A stretch of 64,000 nt of DNA, from NCBI GenBank assembly GCA_035267805.1, contig DATFLI010000174.1, positions 110 through 64,109 of the forward strand. The letters are read 5' to 3'. Positions within the stretch are counted from its first letter, which is position 1. The number at the start of each line of letters is the position of its first letter. Position numbers and translations under genes: made by a program. This stretch comes from Balneolaceae bacterium (lineage in GTDB: Bacteria; Bacteroidota; Rhodothermia; Balneolales; Balneolaceae). Under the pieces are notes generated by a model. That model did no database searches. It worked only from the letters and a program-made list of their open reading frames with translations, and was not told the origin of the DNA. Of the stretch, positions 50,661 to 58,243 are shown piece by piece.

Positions 50661-53600
50661 TTAAAAGCCCAGCTTTAAATTGAAGAGTACACTTCGGCTT
50701 GTAGGGGTAACCCATTGATAATATCCATTACCACCATTTGCCGTACCATATAAATTCCCCTCAGGATCACCATAAGAGAAATCAGATTTTATCCAAAGAT
50801 TCCTCCCTGTAACGGTAATCGAAGCCGTTCGTAACGGGGTTTTGGAAAGGAATGCTTTGGGCAATCGATATCCGAGTGAAACCTGACGTAATTTGATATA
50901 ACTAGCATCTTCGACTTGGTTTTCGTGAGTTGAAGCATAGCGTTGCCAGAAATCTTCATCACGTAACAACTTTATATCATTGGGCTCTCCGTTACTTTTC
51001 TTAACTCCATCCCAGACATAGGGCTTGATATACCCTTTTTTATTGGGATCCGTCATTTGTGTACCCCGCTGCTCGGTAATTTTGGCCATTCCATAACGGA
51101 TGGTATAGTTAAGATCAAAATTCAGTATATCTCCACCTTGTTGAACGTCGAATAAGCCTGACAGAGAAAATCCTTTGTAATGGAAGGTCGTTCTCAGGTT
51201 ACCCTGCCAGTCTGGCTGAATATTCCCTATGGTTTTTTGCTGATCGGTAGTAACCGGGAAACCATAACCATCCTTATTCGGATCATCCTGTATAATATAT
51301 TGACCTTTATCATTCGTCTTATATCCGTATCCCCGGATAATACCGTAACCCGCTCCTTCCTGAGCTTGTATCGACGGCCATGCATAGCCTGCCAAATACA
51401 GCCTGTTAACCCCCGGGGCAAGGCTTACTACTTCGTTTTTATTTTTGGACCAATTTACAGTTAAATCCCAGCTAAAATTCTTGGATTGAATCACCGTACC
51501 ATCCAATGCTACTTCAACTCCTTTATTTCTGATATTTCCAGCATTACGCAGCATATTGGTAAATCCTGTACCCGATGCGACCGGGGTTGAATATATCTGG
51601 TCTCGGGTAGTCTCGTTATAATAGTCCGCATCAATTGTAGCGCGCCCTCCGAAGAATCTTAGGTTAATTCCAACTTCATACGATTTGGTCAATTCTGGCT
51701 TTAGATTGGGATTACCCAAGGTATTACTTTGCAAATACCCACTCACCCCGTTATATGGGAAGTCTAACGAAGTGGAATTAGCTTCATACCATTGGGTAAA
51801 GCTGGCCGAATTATAATGCGTACGAAGTGAATATACCGGTGCGTCATTACCTGTCTCAGAGATTGAGGCGCGAATTTTACCGTAATAGAGGGGATCGTCC
51901 GATTCTAATCCCAACAAATCAGAGAAGACAAAACCCAAGCTGGCTGATGGATAAAAGTAAGACCTATTAGATTTTGGCAGTGTTGATGACCAGTCATTTC
52001 GCCCGGTAAGTGTTAAGAAAAGATAGTCGTTGTAACTCAAGACTGCCTGTGAGTACAAGCTCATCAATCGTCGCTTGGATCTATATTGATTTCCATCCAA
52101 CCGGTTAAAATTCGATATGTGGAAAAAGTCAGGAATATTTTGATCATTACCATACAATATGTCATAGCTGTGATCTCGAAGATTGAAATTATTACCTATT
52201 TGTCCGCTTATACTGAACTTGTCGGTAATAGGTACCTCCTGCAGATTCAATATTAGATCAGAATTAATTTCTGATCGAACAATCTTTTCGTCGAACATAC
52301 TTCCATCATGCTGGTAACGCTGTCTTCTATTACGATGCTCATATCTTGAATCAGTATATTTATCTAGCCCTACACGCTCGGTAATATCCAGCCAGGACGT
52401 AATATCGTAGGTCAGTTTTTGATAAAACATGATACGATCAACATTACTGTGAAAGCCCGTTTCATTGACTTGCCAGTAAGGGCTGTCTTCAGATTGGCCG
52501 TGTGTTATATTCGTTCCATCCGGATACTGGTAAGGCTTCATCTGAAGATTAATGGGCCAGACACGCGTGGTGCGTGCAGAAGAGACCCAGCCATTACGCT
52601 GCCAACTGTTGGTTGTATTGACATACGTTGCCCTCGTTTCCGACTGAAGGTTGGGCATAAGATCAGCATCTACCTTTGCATTTAGTGTGGTACGTCCCAA
52701 CCCTGTGGTAGGAGTAGTTCCATTCTGATCAAGTCTCGAGGCAGAAAGCATATAGTTTATATTTTCGCTGCCCCCCGAAAAGTTTATTGAGTTCTGAGCA
52801 AGTTCACCGGTCTGGTAAAAGTTTTTCAAATGATTGTAAACGGGAATCTTATCTACGCCCAGATCATTAAGTACCTGCTGACTCACCTGATCTTTGCGTG
52901 GCCCCCAGCTGTTATAAACCTGTGGACTATTTCCAGGAAATCCCGGTTCCATATAACCGCCCCGATTTGCCGGCAGACCATTCGCAAAATATCCTTGCTC
53001 ACCAGACAAATACTGATCCTGGGTACCTTCGATTAAAGCCTGGTCAAACCTTAATTTTGAATGGAAATTAATACGAAAATTATTAGATGGGTTCTTCGTA
53101 GTAATAAGAACTACCCCATTTGAGGCACGAGCACCATAAAGAGCGGTGGCGCTGCCCCCTTTAAGAACCGTTATATCCTTAATCATACTTGGATCAATAT
53201 CCAGTGCACGGTTACTTGAACTACCGGAATAAAGAGCAAACTGCCCCGGTATTTGATCCTGTGCATTACTAATAGGAACACCATCTACTACAAACAAAGG
53301 CTGATTATTCCCGGTAATAGAATTTGCTCCCCGAATTACAATACGAGACGCTGAACCCGGCTGACCGCTGGAACTGGTAATTTGAACGCCGGCGGTTTTC
53401 CCAGCTAATGATTCAACGACTCCAACTTCCGGAGCATCTGTAACATCTTCTCCGCTTACCTTTTGAACCCCAAACCCCAGGCTCTTTTGACTTCGCTTGA
53501 TCCCTAAAGCGGTAACAACCACTTCTTGCCCCTGATAGGTTGTAGGTACCAGTTGAAAATTTACTTCAACCGTTTCACCGCTCCCCACTTCAACGGTCTT

Positions 53601-53855
53601 TTGTTTTTTGTCATATCCAATAAAAGAAGCAGTTACGGTATATTGTCCCGCAGGAACTTCATTAATTTCAAAATTCCCTGAGCTATTGGTAGCAGCTCCT
53701 AAAGCCAAAGACTGGATACCAACATTGACACCCGGTAACGGATTCGAAGTAGTACTATCAATTGCGGTACCTTTTATAGTACCCGTTTGTGCCCTCGCAT
53801 CAACGCTAATTAATGCGAGAAAAAAAATCATCAATGTAGCTATTTTTCTTCCCAT
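50661..53855 (-). CDS. susC: SusC/RagA TonB-dependent transporter (candidate hydroxyproline-peptide importer)
   Basis: VVVTALGIKR, QPLFVVDGVP, LKGGSATALYGARASNGVVLITTK, RNDWSSTLP, EDASYIKLR and a C-terminal Phe. Likely start is ATG 53855; the track start is 53900. Confidence 0.96.
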   Translation of the reverse strand: MGRKIATLMIFFLALISVDARAQTGTIKGTAIDSTTSNPLPGVNVGIQSLALGAATNSSGNFEINEVPAGQYTVTASFIGYDKKQKTVEVGSGETVEVNFQLVPTTYQGQEVVVTALGIKRSQKSLGFGVQKVSGEDVTDAPEVGVVESLAGKTAGVQITSSSGQPGSASRIVIRGANSITGNNQPLFVVDGVPISNAQDQIPGQFALYSGSSSNRALDIDPSMIKDITVLKGGSATALYGARASNGVVLITTKNPSNNFRINFHSKLRFDQALIEGTQDQYLSGEQGYFANGLPANRGGYMEPGFPGNSPQVYNSWGPRKDQVSQQVLNDLGVDKIPVYNHLKNFYQTGELAQNSINFSGGSENINYMLSASRLDQNGTTPTTGLGRTTLNAKVDADLMPNLQSETRATYVNTTNSWQRNGWVSSARTTRVWPINLQMKPYQYPDGTNITHGQSEDSPYWQVNETGFHSNVDRIMFYQKLTYDITSWLDITERVGLDKYTDSRYEHRNRRQRYQHDGSMFDEKIVRSEINSDLILNLQEVPITDKFSISGQIGNNFNLRDHSYDILYGNDQNIPDFFHISNFNRLDGNQYRSKRRLMSLYSQAVLSYNDYLFLTLTGRNDWSSTLPKSNRSYFYPSASLGFVFSDLLGLESDDPLYYGKIRASISETGNDAPVYSLRTHYNSASFTQWYEANSTSLDFPYNGVSGYLQSNTLGNPNLKPELTKSYEVGINLRFFGGRATIDADYYNETTRDQIYSTPVASGTGFTNMLRNAGNIRNKGVEVALDGTVIQSKNFSWDLTVNWSKNKNEVVSLAPGVNRLYLAGYAWPSIQAQEGAGYGIIRGYGYKTNDKGQYIIQDDPNKDGYGFPVTTDQQKTIGNIQPDWQGNLRTTFHYKGFSLSGLFDVQQGGDILNFDLNYTIRYGMAKITEQRGTQMTDPNKKGYIKPYVWDGVKKSNGEPNDIKLLRDEDFWQRYASTHENQVEDASYIKLRQVSLGYRLPKAFLSKTPLRTASITVTGRNLWIKSDFSYGDPEGNLYGTANGGNGYYQWVTPTSRSVLFNLKLGF

Positions 53856-54306
53856 CACATTTCCCCTTTTTCTTTTAAGATTAAAGTTTAGCGCTTTCAT
53901 CTCTTTTAATAATTAAATGTGACAGGCTCTTTTATATACCATTTTTTTGTTACATCGTGATACTAGGTTTGCAAAAAAGACTTTCCCTCCTGTTTAGTTA
54001 TCGTAATTTTTATTACGAGATAATCTCTAAGTCAACAATTAAAATTATTACCAGCCTACTTAAATAGAGGTATTTTTAAAAGACACTTACCAAACACATT
54101 GCTTTTTTGAGAGGAATACAACTTATAAATATAAGTCCATTTATTAACCTAAAAAGGAGTGTGATTTTCATTGATTTTATGATCATCCTTTAAAATTGCA
54201 CAAACTTTAATTTTTTTAATGATCTACACGCACAAATCTCTTTTAAAATTTAAACTCCCCCAACTACCAATCACTATTGGGGTGAATGAAAAAATTTCAT
54301 TCACTT

Positions 54307-54341
54307 TTATAAAATATTTTCAGAAAGTATGAAAATATTAT
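54307..54341. promoter_or_regulatory. Putative AraC-type binding site in the susC/araC divergent region
   Basis: TTATAAAATATTTTCAGAAAGTATGAAAATATTAT, 29/35 identical to 28000-28034 and in the same orientation relative to the minus-strand genes. Confidence 0.75.
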
Positions 54342-54434
54342 CATATTGATCTCATCCCTTTCAAATAGGCCATTTTTTGTATTTATTTGATATTGATATT
54401 GCTTTATAACCGTAGGGGACAAAAATTTAGTATT

Positions 54435-55346
54435 ATGACTAAAAGCAAATCTATCTACTTCAGAATCCCAAAAATTGACAAGGAAGGGTTTGTAGTACAG
54501 TATGATGACTTAGATCATTTTTATAACCAATTACATCATCATCCGGAACTACAGCTTATCTATATTATTGAAGGTGCGGGAGACTTGTTTGTAGGGAACT
54601 CAATTACTCCTTTCGAAGCAGGGAATCTTTTTTTAATCGGATCTAATCAAAGTCACATCTTTAAAAGTGATCCTGAATATTTCCAGGAAGACACTAATAA
54701 GAATGCCCGATCCATTTCCATTTTCTTTAATATGGAATCACTAGGCGATGGATTCTTTGATATTACAGAAACCATCGCCATTCGCAATTTGATAAATCGC
54801 GCTGCTCGTAGTATAGAATTCCATTCCGAAACTGCCCAGAAGTTTGGGGACCGCATGGAACAACTTATAAACATTACCGGCTTTGATCGTTTTCTCGAAA
54901 TATTATCGTTATTAAATGACTTGGCTAAATCAAATAATTACGATTATTTGACAGCTATGAGTAATTCATCGCCTCCCTCTGATAAAGAAAGTGAGCGCAT
55001 CAATAATGTAATTAATTACATCCTAAACCATTATAAGGAAGATATTCCTTTGCAGACTATTGCCGAAGTGGCTAATTATAGTAAGGCTGCATTTTGTCGT
55101 TTCTTTAAGAAAAGAACTCGCAAAACATTCTCGGAATTTTTGAATGAGGTTCGGATATCTCAAGCCTGCAAACTTCTAAGAAATAGCGACCTTAATATAT
55201 CACAAATTTGTTATGAAAGCGGCTATAACAACGTTTCTAACTTTAATCGTCAGTTCAAAAAGCTAACAGGTACGACCCCAAAATCATACTCAAAAAAATA
55301 TAAGAAACTAGCCACAACCCCCCATGCAATTGGATATTCAGAATGA
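54435..55346 (+). CDS. AraC-family transcriptional regulator (cupin + double HTH)
   Basis: LHHHPELQL, IGSNQSH, FCRFFKKRT, RISQACKLL and CYESGYNNVSNFNRQFK. The only intact full-length plus-strand gene, divergent from susC. Likely start is ATG 54435; the track start is 54387. Confidence 0.94.
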   Translation: MTKSKSIYFRIPKIDKEGFVVQYDDLDHFYNQLHHHPELQLIYIIEGAGDLFVGNSITPFEAGNLFLIGSNQSHIFKSDPEYFQEDTNKNARSISIFFNMESLGDGFFDITETIAIRNLINRAARSIEFHSETAQKFGDRMEQLINITGFDRFLEILSLLNDLAKSNNYDYLTAMSNSSPPSDKESERINNVINYILNHYKEDIPLQTIAEVANYSKAAFCRFFKKRTRKTFSEFLNEVRISQACKLLRNSDLNISQICYESGYNNVSNFNRQFKKLTGTTPKSYSKKYKKLATTPHAIGYSE

Positions 55347-55394
55347 AAGTTAAAATATTCAATAGTAATATTAGTTGTTCCAGAGGTTTATTTA

Positions 55395-58139
55395 TTATTT
55401 AGAAACTCCTAATATGATTTTTACAACTTGTTTCTCTAAGGGAATCACATACGCTCCTCTTTTCTGCTCTAAGTTCTTTTCAGGTTTAATATTACCCATC
55501 TCTTTTTTAAGGGCCGGCTGACGAATACGCAAGAGTGCATCTTTCGTGAATTGTGTCCCTGCATCCAGCAATATTTGCACCTGCTTTGTCGTCGGATTGT
55601 AACGGACTTCTTTGAACTTGCCGGCGTCAAGCGTCAGCCACAATCCAACAGGGGCTAGATATATGCGGGACTGAGACGTATCTAGCGGTTTCACGGAAAT
55701 CCAGTTTCCTTCTTTTTTGAGATTTCCACCAAATGCCAGCCATCCAAATTCGGGATGATCTATTATGTAGGTTCCAGTGTTTATAGCATGCCCGAAAAAG
55801 TTGGACCCATAATCTCCGGAGTAACCGTCGATTTTTAGGGTTGAGGGGAATGCATGAAAAGCCGACGGTCCGAAACCGTCTTTAGTAACGTTGGAAATAG
55901 CTCCCATTAATCCACCATAACCAACACGCAGAAGATAATAATCATCCGGATGGAATCTATATTCTGTCAGTACAGGAATAGCATTCAGTCCGGAACCATA
56001 ATGATGAAGCTGACGTTCGAGTCGTCTTGTTCTACCGGCAAAAAGGAAATCCCAATAACGGCGGGCACTGCCGTTGTATCCCCAGTGAGGGACGGTAGGC
56101 ATGTACCCCAAAATAGCATCAAGCGTAACCTTGGCTTTGGCATCAAAACCAAAGTATTTACACCAGGCATACACTTCTTCCTGCCCCGTTGAATCCCATG
56201 GCATCTCACTGCCAAAGGGGAATGGCTTGGATTTCCATACATCCGCCCGTTTTCGCATCGTCTTTTCATAGGCCTGCGCCCTGGTATCCCAATCTTCGCG
56301 CTGAAGATCCTTTAAAATTTTCAGAAAGACCGTCCCTTCCATCTGACCAAATTGAGCATAGTGCGGGGCATATTTGACCATGGCCTGTGCCGTTTGATAG
56401 GCATGGTCCAAATACCATTGCCAGGGATGATTGGTTACCAAACCTTCGTGATCCCGAGCTAACCGGTAAAGCACCCAGTACGCCGCAGCTACGTGTACGT
56501 AATTATAAGAACGCCCCACTGAACGAGCTTGCTTACGGCTCCAGCTCGACCAACCACCGTAATGAACATCTTCGCTATAAGTTCCCTTGGGCATGCTGTC
56601 AGGCTCGTAATAAAACATACTCTTTCGAACTCCATATTTACGATCGCCTTGACTATACTGGATTCCGCCCCACAAAGTGCTATCAACAAAGCTTTCCAGT
56701 TTCTTAATTTCCTCTTTCTTGGGTTGCACCAACTGCTTCATAATTGCAGCCAACCATGAACCGGCTCCACCTTCATCGCTCAATCCGGCAATCCACACCC
56801 GGTTGTCCTGGGTAACCTGTTTATTAGCCTCATAGTCATAGGTGATAACCGAGGGATCCCGATGGAAGGGATCATCTTTCTTGTCAAACCACTGTTTGGT
56901 GGTCAAAAAGTGTCCCAAATCTTTGGCAACCTGGGGCTGAGATTTAATCACCTTGTAATTGATCGACTGCACTGTTCCATCATCATAGGTAATGAGGAGG
57001 CGAGCACGTCCCCATTTTTCGCCCATCACTCCCAGCCATTTCCAACCATCTTTTGTGGTCTTGCCCCGGCTAACTTGTATAGCCCCGGCCGGTTCTACAT
57101 CCAGTGACTTGATCTTGTGATCATATTTGAGAAACAGCTGAGCATCCTGTTCTTTAGGCAAAATATATCCCGGGATACCTTTTGCAACCGGACGATCATT
57201 TCGTGCCAGGGTCTGTTCTATGTCCTGAATCTTATCAGATAGCAAGAATTTAACGCCATACGTTCGGCTCTGCCCTGGTTTTAGCGTCGTTGAAGTTGGC
57301 TTATTCCACTGCTTGGCACTTTTCCATTCATTATTCGCATAGACTTTGGTATGAATCATCCACTCATAGAAACCTTCAAAGGTAATTCCACGCCGTGTAG
57401 AATCACTCAAAAGAGGTTTGTAAGCCTCAAGCGGAGTCTTGTTTTCTGGAACAACTACAAGGGACGGCCCATGTCCGTTCAAGCGAGTGACTTGTACATA
57501 ACCAGCATCACGACCAATGTACGGGTCATAAAATGAGCACTTGGCGTGGGCTTCGGGTAGCTTTCGGCCGGTTAAAATATTGTTGAACACCATCGGGATT
57601 CCTAGTCCTCCAATTTGAACAGGCTCGTCGCTTGTGTTCTTTAATTCAAAACTGAGAACAAGATGTCCATCTTCTATTTTCCAATATCGTCGAACCTGTA
57701 ACGGTATATCATTTGGCAGCGTGGGATTAAGCAGGGCGCCGGCTAGCACTGGAAAAGAAACGTCTAACGGCTTGACATCGGTTCGATGGGTGGCCGTGAC
57801 GTAATCTTTCCATTGGCCGGAATCGCCTTTGCGCAGCCGTAAAGTGATATCCCCAAGATGATAATAACCATCTCCATTACGTTTCTGCAACCAGTCGGCC
57901 GGGGTAAAGTCAAATCCATCTGCGCCCTTCGGCTTCAATCCCGCGATGGTCTGGGAAGCCTTTACCAGTTTCAGATGAAAGTTAGGAGTTTCAAAATTCA
58001 GGAAGCCCTGATCGAGCCCGAGTGTGGGTACCGGCCCTTTCTTTTTGTTCCGTTGCTGGGCATATGTTTGCGCTTGTAAACCCAATATTAACCATAAGAC
58101 TAAAAAACTATATAGAAGATGATATCTTGTTCTTCGCAT
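55395..58139 (-). CDS. DUF5695-like secreted protein, putative glycoside hydrolase
   Basis: 914 aa with a signal peptide. Motifs WIAGLSDEGGAG, RSYNYVH, SEMPWDSTGQEE, HWGYNG and DHPEFGWLAFGG. Family recognised from memory. Confidence 0.7.
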   Translation of the reverse strand: MRRTRYHLLYSFLVLWLILGLQAQTYAQQRNKKKGPVPTLGLDQGFLNFETPNFHLKLVKASQTIAGLKPKGADGFDFTPADWLQKRNGDGYYHLGDITLRLRKGDSGQWKDYVTATHRTDVKPLDVSFPVLAGALLNPTLPNDIPLQVRRYWKIEDGHLVLSFELKNTSDEPVQIGGLGIPMVFNNILTGRKLPEAHAKCSFYDPYIGRDAGYVQVTRLNGHGPSLVVVPENKTPLEAYKPLLSDSTRRGITFEGFYEWMIHTKVYANNEWKSAKQWNKPTSTTLKPGQSRTYGVKFLLSDKIQDIEQTLARNDRPVAKGIPGYILPKEQDAQLFLKYDHKIKSLDVEPAGAIQVSRGKTTKDGWKWLGVMGEKWGRARLLITYDDGTVQSINYKVIKSQPQVAKDLGHFLTTKQWFDKKDDPFHRDPSVITYDYEANKQVTQDNRVWIAGLSDEGGAGSWLAAIMKQLVQPKKEEIKKLESFVDSTLWGGIQYSQGDRKYGVRKSMFYYEPDSMPKGTYSEDVHYGGWSSWSRKQARSVGRSYNYVHVAAAYWVLYRLARDHEGLVTNHPWQWYLDHAYQTAQAMVKYAPHYAQFGQMEGTVFLKILKDLQREDWDTRAQAYEKTMRKRADVWKSKPFPFGSEMPWDSTGQEEVYAWCKYFGFDAKAKVTLDAILGYMPTVPHWGYNGSARRYWDFLFAGRTRRLERQLHHYGSGLNAIPVLTEYRFHPDDYYLLRVGYGGLMGAISNVTKDGFGPSAFHAFPSTLKIDGYSGDYGSNFFGHAINTGTYIIDHPEFGWLAFGGNLKKEGNWISVKPLDTSQSRIYLAPVGLWLTLDAGKFKEVRYNPTTKQVQILLDAGTQFTKDALLRIRQPALKKEMGNIKPEKNLEQKRGAYVIPLEKQVVKIILGVSK

Positions 58140-58243
58140 TGTAAAGGACCATTTTTGAATTTAAAAATTCCCGATTGAAAATTACTTGATAGCTTGCAAT
58201 TTGTTCGGAATGTGCATTAACTTTTTAAAAATATTGGTTACAA

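Noticed and set aside
53960-53991. AGGAGG on the minus strand as the RBS of a leader peptide
   Set aside because: It is followed only by a 3-codon TTG-started frame at poor spacing.
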